A stretch of DNA of 64,000 bases from Octopus vulgaris. Lineage: Eukaryota. The notes under the pieces are model-generated. The model made no database searches, was not told the DNA's origin, and saw only the letters and a list, made by a program, of their open reading frames with translations. The stretch covers positions 63,364,001 to 63,428,000 of the forward strand of contig OX597822.1 in the NCBI GenBank assembly GCA_951406725.2. The letters run 5' to 3'. Made by a program: the position numbers and the translations under genes. Shown piece by piece: positions 12,633 through 26,130 of the stretch. How positions within the stretch are numbered: position 1 is the first letter of the stretch; every line of letters begins with the position of its first letter.

Positions 12633-13284
12633 TAGTTGTAGGACGTGATGCGAAGGAGATTTGGTCGCTATTTCTAGCAAAACGAACAGGGTTCCCTCAT
12701 TGGCTCTTTCAAATTCTGATAGACTGACTACAAAAATGATATTTATTTTATAATACATTCGTTTCTCGTTGTAGTTCTTTCTGTTATTTTCCTCAGCTTT
12801 GCAGTCTGACCTTTGACATGGAACTCTTTGTTACCACGTGGCCAAAAATATATACCACAGCCGGAAGCAATTTGTTTTTCTCTTCTCAGCGGCAAATATA
12901 AAAAAGAAAAGAAAGAAAGAAAAAAGAAAAAAATTCTTCATCAGAAAGTGCTTTTTTCCCCTTTGATTCTCAACTAGTTTTTTACATCCACTCACACATC
13001 AAACTCCGCTTTTTCTTCTGAGCTTCAAATAAAAAAAATAAAAAGAACTAATAATAATAATAAGACCATTTCACCTCTTTTATTGTCTGTTGACATTGTT
13101 TTTCTTCTTGTTTCTTTTGATGTTGTTATAGTTATTGTTGTTGCTGTAAAAGTTGCTAGTGTTGTGGGCTTGTTTACAGAAGTTGTTTGCCTTATTTTGA
13201 AATTTTTTACATGTCTTACTTGCTGCTATTTGTCATGTTTTGTTTTTGGAGTTGTTACTGTTGTTATGTTGTATCGTCTCACAC

Positions 13285-13360
<76 letters not shown>

Positions 13361-13613
13361 GTCTTTCTCTCTCTCTCCGTCCGTTCGCCTATTTATCTAT
13401 CTACCTATCCATATTCTTTTATTTGTTTCAGTCATTTGACTGCGGCCATGCTGGAGCATCGCCTTTAGTCGAGCAAATCGACCCCAGGACTTATTCTTTG
13501 TAAGCCTAGTACTTATTCTAACGGCCTCTTTTGCCGAACCGCTAAGTTACGGGGGACGTAAACACACCAATATCGGGTGTCAAGCGATAGTGGGTGGGTC
13601 AAACACAGACACA

Positions 13614-13721
<108 letters not shown>

Positions 13722-13804
13722 GGTCCCGGGTTGATTCGGGGTTAACCACAGTAAATAAGGTACTCAATACATAGCAGAGTAAAATTAATTTATTATATAG
13801 AAGG

Positions 13805-13855
13805 AGCTTCTACAGGACTAGAACTGTTTCATTCAAGAGAAATCTTCAGGAAGCT
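13805..13855 (-). ncRNA. Type I hammerhead ribozyme motif (minus-strand copy)
   Basis: Exact reverse complement of 14104-14154. Confidence 0.75.
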
Positions 13856-14103
13856 AGTTAACAAGAATTGTATTGGCATTTATACATTTAGGCAGGTTTA
13901 AAGGGGTGGTGGTGGGGGACTTTTTGGGGGTAGGCATAGCGCAAAAAAATCATTTATTTATTCTTCTATCTAATTTACCACTGACTCCTTGACCACTCCC
14001 CCAAGTATGATTTTTTTGCGCTATGCCTACCCCCAAAAGTCCCCCACCACCACCCCTTTAAACCTGCCTAAATGTATAAATGCCAATACAATTCTTGTTA
14101 ACT

Positions 14104-14154
14104 AGCTTCCTGAAGATTTCTCTTGAATGAAACAGTTCTAGTCCTGTAGAAGCT
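14104..14154 (+). ncRNA. Type I hammerhead ribozyme motif
   Basis: Stem I AGCTTC/GAAGCT; core CTGAAGA (14110-14116); stem II TTC-tctt-GAA; GAAA (14129-14132); stem III CAG/CTG; predicted GUA cleavage after 14148. Confidence 0.75.
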
Positions 14155-14177
14155 CCTTCTATATAATAAATAAATAA

Positions 14178-14245
<68 letters not shown>

Positions 14246-14371
14246 GTCTTCTTTCAGTTTCCGTCTACCAAATCCACTTGCAAGGCTTTGATCGGCCCGT
14301 GGCTATAATAGAAGACACTTGTCCAAGGTCCCACGAAACGAGACTGAACCCGAAACCATGTGGTTGGTAAG

Positions 14372-14407
<36 letters not shown>

Positions 14408-14737
14408 TGAACTGCGGCCATGCTGGAGCACTACCACGAAGGGCTTAGTCAAATAAATCGACTTCTATTTTTTCTTTCTTCTTTTTTTTTTTCCAAGTCT
14501 GGTACTTGCTCTATCGGTCACTTCTGCCGAATCTCTAACAAGCAGTGTGAGTAACAAACACACACACTTGCATTTTCAATAATATAGGTAACACTTTCTA
14601 AAATATGTGGGTGCCTCTTTCTCTCGTTTGTCCACTCACAGATATGTAAATTCCACGCAGTTTCTGTCTACCTAGCTCACTTAAAAGGCACTAATTCATA
14701 AACTCTTCAAGACGGTGGTGCTATGGCATGACCATGG

Positions 14738-15127
14738 AAGCACCTTAGCACTCCGTCGGTACGACGATGAGGGTTCCGGTTGTTCCGAATCAACGGAACA
14801 GCCTGCTCGTGAAATTAACGTGTAAGTGGCTGAGCACTCCACAGACACGTGTACGCTTAACGTAGTTCTCGGGGATATTCAGCGTGACACATAGAGTGAC
14901 AAGGCCGGCCCTTTGAAATACAGGTACAACAGAAACAGGAAATAAGAGTGAGAGAAAGTTGTGGTGAAAGAATACAGCAGGGATCACCACCATCCCCTGC
15001 CGGAGCCTCGTGGAGCTTTTAGGTGTTTTCGCTCAATAAACACTCACAACGCCCGGTCTGGGAATCGAAACCGCGATCCTATGACCGCGAGTCCGCTGCC
15101 CTAACCACTGGGCCATTGCGCCTCCAC
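14738..15127 (-). mobile_element. SINE family S2, long-tail variant
   Basis: Full tRNA-like head at ~15060-15127; 13-bp TSD GGCATGACCATGG (14725-14737, 15128-15140). Confidence 0.9.
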
Positions 15128-15224
15128 GGCATGACCATGGTCCAATGGCTGAAATAAGTGAAAGATAATAGAGTAGTCTAACTCAGAAGACTGTGTTCGG
15201 CTCTGCTATTTGTTCATCATTAAT

Positions 15225-15680
<456 letters not shown>

Positions 15681-15840
15681 ATAAATAAATTGAATAACAT
15701 TGTTATGTGCTATTGTTGTCGTTATTGCCGTGTCCTAGGGTTTGATGCAATACTCCCCTCCTTTACTTTTATGACTGTTTAGTAACAGGAAGAGTTTAGT
15801 AAAAGTAAGAGAAAACTCAAGGCAGAATATTTAAAGAAAT

Positions 15841-15909
<69 letters not shown>

Positions 15910-16849
15910 CAGAAAGATAGCGATAGAATAAGTTGAAGGTGATAGAGAGAAAAGTGTGAGTATTTCAAATTTCCTCTTTGCTGGTTGCTTTGATTGTTAT
16001 GACAAATATAAACTTAAATCATTGAACAAAACAGAATGAAGATAAATTTACTTTCAAAAAGTTGACAGGAACTAAACGAAACGAAAAAGGTTCGGACACC
16101 CTACTCCACAGGATTAGATATAACTATACAATATCTTTTATCTTGTTTCAGTCATTTGACTGCGGTCATGCTATGGCACCACCTTGAAGAGTTGGTTTAG
16201 CCCTGTGGGTCTCATCCATTTTTTTTCATACCTATGAACCCATTGATTACTATTTTATTCTTGTGGAGACCGTGGCCATTCAGTGCTTAAAATCTAGTAT
16301 TATAGATACATAGATACGTCTTTCAAGATTCCTATTTTGTTTATCACACGTTCACTTATATAGGTTTAGAGAATAATACTGTCTGAGAGAATATGTTTCA
16401 ATGACCGGAAACATGTTAAACTATGTGTGCCCCAGCATGACCTCAGCTCGTGAGCTGAAACTAGAATCAATCAATCAATTAGCGAAAGAAACCTAGCTGT
16501 TTCTTGCAATAAATACGTCTAAATCAACATTTCTTTTTCATGGTCCATGTGGACTACTGGTTTAGCCGAACAAGTCCATTCCAGTTCTTTAAATCTGGTA
16601 CTTACTTATTCTATCAGTCACGTTTGTTCGAACGGAAGATGTAAACAAACCAGTACCGACAGTTCGGGGGGTACGCGTTCGCAGAGAGATACAAGTGGAT
16701 CTGAAAAGCAGATTTGTCTTCTTAGAGGAAATGAGATAGTGGTCACATGAATCCAACCAGAAATATTTCTGCTCTCCTGAAGTACAAAAGCAATCATCGT
16801 GATCGAACTCACAGTACCCTGGGGGGACAGACTCAATATTTCTCACCAT

Positions 16850-17260
16850 AGGTGCAGGAGTGGCTACGTGGTAAGTAGCTTGGTCACCAACCACATGGTT
16901 CCGGGTTCAGTCCCACTGCATGGCACCTTGGGCAAGTGTCTTCTACTATAGCCTCGAGCCGACCAAAGCCTTGTGAGTGGATTTGGTACGCGGAAACTGA
17001 AAGAAGCCTGTCGTATATATGTATATGTATATATTTATATGTATATGTGTATGTATATGTTTCTGTGTCTGTGTTTGTCCCCCCAACATCGCTTGACAAC
17101 CGATGCTGGTGTGTTTACGGCCCCGTAACTTAGCGGTTTGGTAAAAGCGACCGATAGAATAAGTACTAGGCTTACAAAGAATCGGTCCTGGGGTAGATTT
17201 GCTCGACTAAAAGGCGGTCTCCAGCATAGCCACAGTCAAATGCCTGAAACAAGTAAAAAA
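16850..17260 (+). mobile_element. SINE family S1, full length
   Basis: Head AGGTGCAGGAGTGGCTACGTGGTAAG through tail GAAACAAGTAAAA. Confidence 0.9.
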
Positions 17261-17286
17261 GTATTGGTGTTTATCTTAATTTGCTA

Positions 17287-17357
<71 letters not shown>

Positions 17358-17580
17358 CTGTTGAAGAACACAGCGCACCACCTGGTCCATGTATTGAAAC
17401 CACGATCTTGCAATCGAGAGCGCAAGGGAAAAAGACAAAAAAGAAACAAATAGTTGTTGGTTTAACCCCAAATATGAGTTCTGACTGAACAAACATTTTT
17501 AAAGACATTCCAGCCGTAGCCATCTCGACCTTCTCTCAGGTATTATATATCTAGGACTACATTATTTAATACGACCCTAA

Positions 17581-18150
17581 TGCAGCGAGCTGGCAGAAAC
17601 GCTAGCACGCCGGGCGAAATGCGTAGCGGTATTTCGTCTGCCGCTACGTTCTGAGTTCAAATTCCGCCGAGGTCGACTTTGCCTTTCATCCTTTCGCGGT
17701 CGATTAATAAGTAGCCGTTACACACTAGGATCGATATAATCGACTTAATCCGTTTGTCTGTCCTTGTTTGTGGGTAGTAAAGAAATAGATATTTCGTCTG
17801 CCGTTACGTTCTGAGTTCAAATTCCGCCGAGGTCGACTTTGCTTTTCATCCATTTACGCACTGGGGTCGACATAATCGACACTTAATCCCTTTGTATGTC
17901 TTTGTTCGTCCCCTCTATGTTTAGCCCCTTGTGGGCAATAATGAAATAAGAATCGTTAGCACGCCGGGCAAAAATGCTTAGAGGCATTTCGTCCGTCTTT
18001 ACGTTCTGAGTTCAGATTCTGCCGAGATCAACTTTACCTTTCACCCTCTTGGGATCGATAAAATATGTGCCAATCAATTACTGGGGTCGATGTAATCGAC
18101 TAACCCCATCTCCCAAAATTTCAGACCTTGTGCTTATATAGCAGAAAGTA
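17581..18150 (+). mobile_element. SINE family S3, internally multimerised
   Basis: Head GCAGCGAGCTGGCAGAAACG. The module GTTCTGAGTTCAAATTCCGCCGAGGTCGACTTTGCCTTTCATCC is repeated three times; it resembles the Meta-domain of MetaSINEs (recalled, not verified). Confidence 0.8.
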
Positions 18151-18248
18151 TTATTTAATATAACCTTCAAATTTCAAGACAGTACACTGTCATTCGATAG
18201 ACAAGAAATTTGGCCGCTATATATAGCAAGTCGAGCGACCACTTTGAG

Positions 18249-18566
18249 CAGCTGTTCTCAACCGGGCTCCTGGAGGTCTATATAAAATTTTGCGGTTAAA
18301 ATTTTTGCGCAGTAAATACGTTATACTTCTACAGTACAGAAAATATTTTAACATTTTTTTAATACAATTTCTAATAATATCTAAATATAAGATAAACTGC
18401 AGTATAAGTATTTAGTTCCTCTGTACGTTTCACCATCGCATTTATTTTGCAAATCAGCATCCGGTGTTCCGAGAGCATTTTTTAAATATTGAATGGCTAT
18501 GGGGATCCACCTAAGTAAAATAGGAACCAATGGGGTGCATAAGTAAAACAATGTTTGAGAACATTA
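18249..18566. mobile_element. hAT (Charlie-like) MITE remnant; related reverse copy at ~16205-16560
   Basis: Ends CAGCTGTTCTCAACC and GTTTGAGAACATTA resemble CAGTGGTTCTCAACC TIRs; internal similarity to 16205-16285. Confidence 0.5.
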
Positions 18567-18752
18567 TGTTATGGTTGTGTACGTTAGGCATTCAAATCCT
18601 GCCGTTGTCATGCTCGGAGGTCGTCGATACCAATACAAGCACAGTCAGGTACTGAAGTGGATTTGATCGCTTTGTTTATAAATCTTCTGCTTCCAAATTT
18701 TGTGGAATTGTGTCAATGTAAGAAATCGTTATTGTAGAAAAGAGAGGTGTGA

Positions 18753-18804
<52 letters not shown>

Positions 18805-20450
18805 TTCAGAGGTAAACACAGCAAAGTGCTTCACACTAATTTAGTGCTAAGGAAGCAGACTTAGGTCGAAAGTTTTGCTCAGCTGGAAGCAAACTCATAC
18901 ATCTGAGAAAATAGTCTTAGTGCTTTAGCCATTTGGAGTATTGCGCCTTACGAGTATATGTGTACGTACGCTAGCGTATGTATGTATGTATATATATATA
19001 TATGTGTGTGTGTGTATGGATGTATGTGTGTATGTGTGAGTGTGTGTAACAGTGTGTGTGTATCTGGAACGAACTACTTTGATTGCTAGCTTACCACCGC
19101 CAAACACCAAATTAAAGGAAGAAAAAATATATATCTCTGACCAAGCACCTGTTCTACGTAGTTTGCCTCACGGGATACATACACAATATTACTAACAACT
19201 GTATAATCAACGTTTGATATGCCGCTTATCAGCAGCCAAGCAACTCAACAGCGGTCCCGAGCCAAAATGCTAACAATACATCAAAGACATCTTTGACCGT
19301 AAAGAAAATGACAGGCGGTATGGGGTCCGGTGAAAGATCGCAGACCGTTCATTAAAGGCGGCAATTCTCTTTGACGTCGCCTTTTGACCAGCCAGTAACA
19401 ATTCAATAAAACAACTGAAAGCCTCCTTGAAAATTATTCATTACTATTTGATTTCAATCTTTATAAATTCTTTTTTTTTTTCTTCTTTTTTTTAATTCTA
19501 TTTTTTTTTTCCTATTTACTCCTCCCTCAGGCACACTTGTTCCCCTTACATTTTTCTATACGGACGCAAATAGGCTCACAGAGGAAGAAAAACATTGATA
19601 GAGAGAAATATATATACATACACGTACACACAAAGGAGAGGAAATGAAAGCGAGAGAGACAGAGAGAGAGAGGGAGAGAAATTAAAACAAGACAGGAACA
19701 GAGAGATGGGATGCTGTCATGTTGCTCTTATTGTGAGAGTTTGTGCTGTTGGGAAAGGTCATACTGGTGTTGTAGACAGGGATCACAATAATTGATGGGA
19801 TGAGAATGGTGGCGGTGTGTGAGGATCAGAGAGTAGTCACGTCAGGAAGATCAAGCTAGAACGTTCTTGATGCTTTTGTTTATTAGCTGTGACAAAAGTT
19901 GTGGATATTTTCACTGTATATTCGGTTTCATACACACCCACAGTTCGCCCCAACTTTGATGTAGCCTGCTTAGTTCTTTCCACGTTCAGCGCCGTCACTG
20001 TACACTTGACTTTCCGTACAGCAAACGACCAACATTTATTTACACCTACTGGGTTTTTAAAAGCACCTATTAATCACTTTTAGAATATATAACCAAGAGC
20101 TGTCATTCATATTGCCTGTGCTTGATAGCTATTTAATTAGATAATTTATCTATATTATCTAGCTATCTTTATAGCTATGCACACGCACAATCAATCACAT
20201 CAATTGCTATTCTTTTGATACAAGTTAAACTATCTTCGTTATTTCATAACACACTTTCTTCCCCGTCTGTGACCTTTAGCGGTCTCCGAATATCATTTCT
20301 TCAATCCTTCATTCAACCCCCATTCATTCACATATAAATAAACCCAGTCTTATTTCGACACATTATTTAAATGCATGCTCCAGACAAACGGACATACTAC
20401 TCAGATAAACTGAAAGCTGGACACATGCAAAAAGTTGCAAAAACCACATT

Positions 20451-20459
20451 GAGGTAAGT
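20451..20459 (+). other. Consensus splice donor GAG|GTAAGT, possible end of a 5' UTR exon of the 36655 gene
   Basis: Ends a ~1.3-kb largely repeat-free stretch. The coding exon at 36648 begins with an acceptor and needs an upstream exon. The link between them is inferred. Confidence 0.4.
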
Positions 20460-20512
20460 TGTTTTAAGATCGTTTTATTAAATCATAATTTTGATAATAT
20501 TACAGTGGGTTT

Positions 20513-20573
<61 letters not shown>

Positions 20574-20991
20574 CTTTAATTGTTATTCAGCCCAAACTTT
20601 ATTATAACTGTCTCCGATGATAGCATACCTACACAATTGTGCCCCGAATACTTTTTAATGAAATTTTCTACAAGCACCATTCAGATAGTGTAGGATTACG
20701 GTTTCATCGGAGTTTGATGTGAATGTTTTAACAAATTGTTGATCGCTCGTACATACATACTAATACACATCACATATATATCTTTAAATTGAAACATGAA
20801 ATTTTGATGTTCCAACTAGTTGAAAAAAATGGGATTTTTTTACCGAAATTTTTTCGTGTAACATCAAATGTCAATTTTTTTTTTTTTTTCAGCATTTAGC
20901 CAAGAGTTTTCTTTTTTATATAAGGAATGAGTATGGTTGAATAAATTGTTCCTAATACGATTTTAATATTTCATCATATCAGAAATAAAAG

Positions 20992-21061
20992 TCAAAGTAG
21001 CTTAGGCAACGTCTTAATTCTGAACAAATTCAGAATTAAGACATTGCCTTAGCTACTTTGA
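20992..21061. repeat. 70-nt near-perfect hairpin
   Basis: 33-bp arms (20992-21024, 21029-21061) with 2 mismatches and a 4-nt loop CAAA. Confidence 0.9.
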
Positions 21062-21064
21062 ATA

Positions 21065-21985
21065 AGCGGCGAGCTAGCAGAATCGTTATCACGCCGGGCA
21101 AGAAAATACTTAGCGGAATCTCGTCCGTGTTTGTTCTGAGTTCAAATTCCACCAAGGTTGACTTTATAACTGATATTGACATAAGGCCAGCAATATTGGG
21201 AAAGGCGGCGAGCTGCTGGCAGAAACGTTAGCACGCCGGGCGAAATGTGTAAGCCGTATTTCGTATTTCTGCGTTCGTTCTGCGTTACGTTCTGAGTTCA
21301 AATTCCGCCGAGGTCGACTTTGCCTTTCATCCTTTCGGGGTCGATAAATTAAGTACCAGTTACGCACTGAGGTCGATGTAATCGACTTAATCCCTTCGTC
21401 TGTCCTTGTTTGTCCTCTCTGTGTTTAGCCCCTTGTGGGTAGTAAAGAAATAGGTATTTCGTCTGCCGCTACGTTCTGAGTTCAAATTCCGCCGAGGTCG
21501 ACTTCGCCTTTCATCCTTTCAGAGTCGATATAATCGACTTAGTCCCTTTGTCTATCCTTGTTTGTCCCCTCTATGTTTAGCTCCTTTTGGGCAATAAAGA
21601 AATAAGAATCGTTAGCACGCCGGGCGAAATGCTTACCGGTATTTCGTCTGCCGTTACGTTGTGAGTTCAAATTCCGCCTAGGTCGACTTTGCCTTTCGGG
21701 GTCGATAAATTAAGTACCAGTTACGCATTGGGGTCGATGTAATCGACTTAATCCCTTTGTCTGTCCTTGATTGTCCACTCTATGTTTAGCCCCTTGTGGG
21801 TAGTAAAGAAATAGGTATTTCGTCTGTCTTTAAGTTCTGAGTTCAAATTCCGCCGAGTTCGACTTTGCCTTTCATCCTTTCGGGGTCGATAAATTAAGTA
21901 CCAGTTGCGTACTGGGGCCGAGCTAATCGACTGCCCCCTGCCCCAAAATTTCGGACCTTGTTTCTTAGAGTAGAAAAGAATATTG
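21065..21985 (+). mobile_element. SINE family S3 tandem multimer
   Basis: The GTTCTGAGTTCAAATTCC module recurs at ~21133, 21288, 21474, 21657 and 21834; the array ends in a single 3' tail. Confidence 0.85.
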
Positions 21986-22403
21986 GGGCAGAGGCATTGT
22001 CAATAACATCGACCTCTGTATTCAAATGGTTCTTGTTTAATCGACCACGAAATGAAAAGTTGAACTCGGCGGAATTTGAACTCAGAAAGACGGACGAAAT
22101 ATCGCAAAGCATTTTGCCCGGCATAATAACGATTCTGTTAGCTCGCCGACTTCACGTGCTTAAAAATCGCCTTTATTGATTTCCAGTTTTAGCACATGGC
22201 TGGCAAGTTCATCGACTCCAGTGCTCAACTGTACTTACTTTATCAACCTCGAAAGGGAGGAAAGACAAATTCGACATCGGCGAAATTTGAACTCAAAACA
22301 TGAAGACAGACGAAATGTCGCTAAGCATTTTCCCCAGCATGCTAATAATTCTGCCAGTTCGCCACCTTCACCATTTCAAACATAGATTACTACTAATATT
22401 GAT

Positions 22404-22739
22404 GATCCTAGGATCACGATTTCGATTCCCAGACCGGGCGTTGTGAGTGTTTATTGAACGAAAACACCTAAAAGCTCCACGAGGCTCCGACAAAGGGTGG
22501 TGGTGCACCCTGCTGTATTCTTTCACCACAGCTTTCTCTCACTCTTGTTTCTGTTGTACCTGTATTTCAAAGGGCCAGCCTTGTCACACTCTTTGTCGCG
22601 CTGAATCCCCCCGAGAACTACGTTAAGGGTACACGTGTCTGTGGAATACTCAGCCATTTGCACGTTAATTTCACGAGCAGGCGTTTCCGTTCATCGGATC
22701 AACTGGCACCCTCGTCGTCGTAAGCGACGGAGTGCCACG
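22404..22739 (+). mobile_element. 5'-truncated S2 SINE
   Basis: Begins within the tRNA head; 12-bp TSD ACTAATATTGAT (22392-22403, 22740-22751). Confidence 0.85.
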
Positions 22740-22800
22740 ACTAATATTGATATACGGATACTCGGTTTTTGGACCATTCTCAAGTTTTAATCGATTAAAT

Positions 22801-23239
22801 GGCGATCTTTCGTCTCTAGTAGACCTTTCCGTCGATTTCCGTAAATTTTTTTTTTTTTACATATGGGCTTGCGGGAACTTTTGAAGTAATATACATACAT
22901 ATACACATACACCGAGTAAAAAATTTCTGTTATCTCTTTCTTTCACACATTACTCTGTCTCTTCACACACACTAACAGAAGCACTTCACTTACACAACAT
23001 ACTGTCTGTCTCCCACACCCTATCAAACACACACACACACGCACACACACACACACACACATGTACATCAATGCTTCACATGCACGGTAACTTCAAAAGA
23101 ACTTCCCTCGTCATACAATCGCTTTCTCTTAGTCTCTTTCGCTCTCATTACTTCAAAAGTTCCCGCAAGTCCACATGTAAAAAAAATAATTTTTTTTACG
23201 GAAATCGACGGAAAGGCCTACTAGAGACGAAAGATTGCC
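22801..23239. mobile_element. MITE with ~90-bp GG-starting TIRs
   Basis: GGCGATCTTTCGTCTCTAGTAGACCTTTCCGTCGATTTCCGTAAA... pairs with ...TTTACGGAAATCGACGGAAAGGCCTACTAGAGACGAAAGATTGCC. TSD not evident. Confidence 0.8.
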
Positions 23240-23583
23240 GGCAGGACTTGAAATCAGAACGCAAGGAGCCGACGTAAGGAACCGTAACTACTTATTGCAA
23301 TGAATTGTATTTGATGCTCCACCGTTTGTTAATCCACTGACCTTACTACTTAAAAACATTGTTTCTTACATGTTGATCCGAACGCACTACAAGAAAGGGA
23401 TCGAAATCAAATGTTGAAATTCATTAGTTTGAGGCATGACTGAAACTTTGACATATTCATTATCAAAATTCATACAAGTAGTCGATACAGCTAGTAGCGT
23501 CCGTGGAAATTCCATGGTTACTTGGAAGTTTAGAGACAATCAGGAAATACTTAACTTCACTTCTTTTGAAACTTTACTCTTTT

Positions 23584-23804
23584 AATCTTTTACTTGTTTC
23601 AGTCATTTGACTGTGGCCATGTTGGAGCACCGCCTTTAGTCGAGCAAATCGACCCCAGGGCTTATTCATTGTAAGCCTAGTACTTATTCTGTCGGTCTCT
23701 TTTGCCGAACCGCTATGTTACGGGGACATAAACACACCAGCATCGGTTGTCAAGTGATGTTGGGGGGGCGGAGGACAAACACAGACACACAAACATACAC
23801 ACAG

Positions 23805-23841
<37 letters not shown>

Positions 23842-24005
23842 CGACAGGCTTCTTTCAGTTTCCGCCTACCAAATCCACTCACAAGGCTTTGGTCAGCCCG
23901 AGGCTATAATAGAAGACACTTGCCCAAGGTGCCACGCAGTGGGACTGAACCCGGAAACATGTGGTTGGTAAGCAAGCTACTTACCACACATCCACTCCTA
24001 CGCCT
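23584..24005 (-). mobile_element. SINE family S1, full length
   Basis: Reverse-complement match to S1. Confidence 0.9.
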
Positions 24006-24157
24006 ATGTATGTTTTTATGAAGTGTTTGATACTGGAGATAGCCCAATGTTGATATAAGCAGGACTGAAGGTTGCTCGGTGAGCACATCTTTTAAAACTA
24101 TATTCTTTGTTATACACTTGTCATTTTCTCTAACTCAAGAATTGTAGCCTAGGCCAA

Positions 24158-24237
24158 GGTAAAGAATACGCACACCCGGTCTTTTAGGGTTAGGTTTAGG
24201 GTTACACCGAAGACGGGTGGTGTGCGTATTCTTTACC
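24158..24237. mobile_element. 80-bp mini-MITE with telomeric-repeat core
   Basis: Perfect 18-bp TIR GGTAAAGAATACGCACAC around the core TTTAGGGTTAGGTTTAGGGTTA. Confidence 0.7.
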
Positions 24238-24284
24238 TCCACCCAGAAAAAATTGGATGTTAAAACGAGGATATATGTTGTTAA

Positions 24285-24888
24285 TGCAGTGAACTGGCAG
24301 AATTCTTAAAACACGGGACAAAATACTTAGTGGTGTTCCGTCCGTTTTAATGTTCTGAGTTCAAATTCCACAGAGGTCGACTTTGGCTTTCACACTTTCG
24401 GAATCGATAAAAGCAGTACCAGTTGAACACTGGGGTCGATGTAATCGATTTATACTCTCCCTCAAAATTGCTGCCACCCTTGGGAGAAGGGATTAAGTCG
24501 ATTACATCGATCCCAGTGCGTAACTGGTCCTTATTTAATCGACCCCGAAAGAATGAAAGGCAAAGTCGACCTCTGCCGAATTTGAACTTAGAACGTAGCG
24601 GCAGACGAAATACTGCTAAGCATTTCGCCCTGCGTGCTAACGATTCATATTTCTTTATTGCCCACAAGAGGCTAAACGTAGAGGGGACAAGCAAGGACAG
24701 ACAAACGGATTAAGTCGATTAGATCGACGCCAGGGCGTAACTGGTACTTATTTAATCGATCCCGAAAGGATGAAAGACAAAGTCGACCTCGGCGGAATTT
24801 GAACTCAGAACGTAACGGCAGACGAAATACAAATACTGCTAAGCATTTCGCCCTGCGTGCTAATGATTCTGCCAGCTCGTCGCCTTAA
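24285..24888. mobile_element. S3 SINE copies: forward (~24285-24470) abutting a reverse dimer (~24490-24888)
   Basis: The S3 module is present in both orientations. Confidence 0.75.
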
Positions 24889-25129
24889 TAATAATTGTTT
24901 CAAATTTTGCCACAACACGGCGATATTTCGTTTTGACTTGCAGAGGCTAAACTCAAAGTATACTTTTAATTTTTCAATGGGCTATGGTCTATAATTTTGT
25001 TCCATAGTTAAGCGTTACATAACAGACTAAAGCAGAATGATATTGTAAACGATCGATCTGATTTCCAAACGTTTTACTTCATAGTAATCTTACACAATAT
25101 GTTCCGTTTTCTAAACCTTTTTTACATAT

Positions 25130-25540
25130 AGACGCAGGAGTGGCTGTGTGGTAAGTAGCTTGCTTAACAACCACATGGTTCCGGATTCATTCCCACTACG
25201 TGGCACCTTGGGCAAGTGTCTTTTACTATAGCCTCGGGCGGACCAAAGCCTTCTGGGTGGACTTGGTAGACGGAAACTCAAAGAAGCCCGTCGTATATAT
25301 GAATATAATATGTATGTGTGTGTATATGTGTGTGTGTCTGTGTTTGTCTCCCCCCCCCCCCAACATCGCTTGACAACCGATGCTGGTGTGTTTACGTCCC
25401 CGTAACTTAGCGGTTCGGCAAAAGAGACCGATAGAATAAGTACTAGGCTTCCAAAGAATAAGTCCCGGGGTCGATTTGCTCGGCTAAAGGCGGTACTCCA
25501 GCATGACCACAGTCAAATGACTGAAACAAGTAAAGGAGTA
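25130..25540 (+). mobile_element. SINE family S1, full length
   Basis: Head GACGCAGGAGTGGCTGTGTGGTAAG through tail. Confidence 0.9.
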
Positions 25541-25569
25541 TCCGATTCAAATGAAAGCAATATAACAAC

Positions 25570-26130
25570 CATTTATTTTCGCCGACCGCTATTCCTGATG
25601 GAGGATGGAGTGTAGTGGGAGTAGAGTCCTCCGCAGGGTCCTATCAGAAGCAATCGTCATTACATTCTGTTTCAGGGTTCCCACGCGTGACAAACTAAGA
25701 CTACGGAAATTTCCCCCTTCTCGTTTTTAATCTACCCCTAGGTCTCATCATGCCAGTTGGCACGGCTTGAAAAGTCTGTCTTGCAATCTTTTCTTGAGAT
25801 ATTCTAACCACATTTCTGTGGTGCTCTAGCTGTGATCGCACAATGACGAGAAATAGTAACTCAATTTCGGAAAGACTCCTTGAATTCCGGGTAACCCACC
25901 CTGTCGAGTTCCTTCGGAGGAACACCATTCTGACCGCTTCTATTCACCATTGTACTGCTTTGGTTATTACCTAACGTTCATGACCATAGGTGTGAATAGA
26001 CACGAAAACCAAAGTAAAAAAAGGCAAATTTGGCTTTTTTACCAAATTCTGTGGATTACTTTACTAGTACCTACAATTCTAGTATCCAGGTCATCCTTCT
26101 GCTTCCCAATGAATACAGCCCTGAGATATT
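25570..26130 (-). pseudogene. Old RTE-clade LINE 3' fragment
   Basis: Translation RSQLEHHRNVVRISQEKIARQTFQAVPTGMMRPRGRLKTR resembles the RTE C-terminal motif (RSQLRWFGHVxRM...RPRGRPKTRW). Confidence 0.6.

Noticed and set aside
12807-12820. DR1-like nuclear receptor site TGACCTTTGACAT
   Set aside because: A single short motif without conservation data is expected by chance in 64 kb.
21203-21985. CRISPR-like regular repeats
   Set aside because: Eukaryotic context; the intervening sequences are themselves repeated SINE sequence and there are no cas genes.
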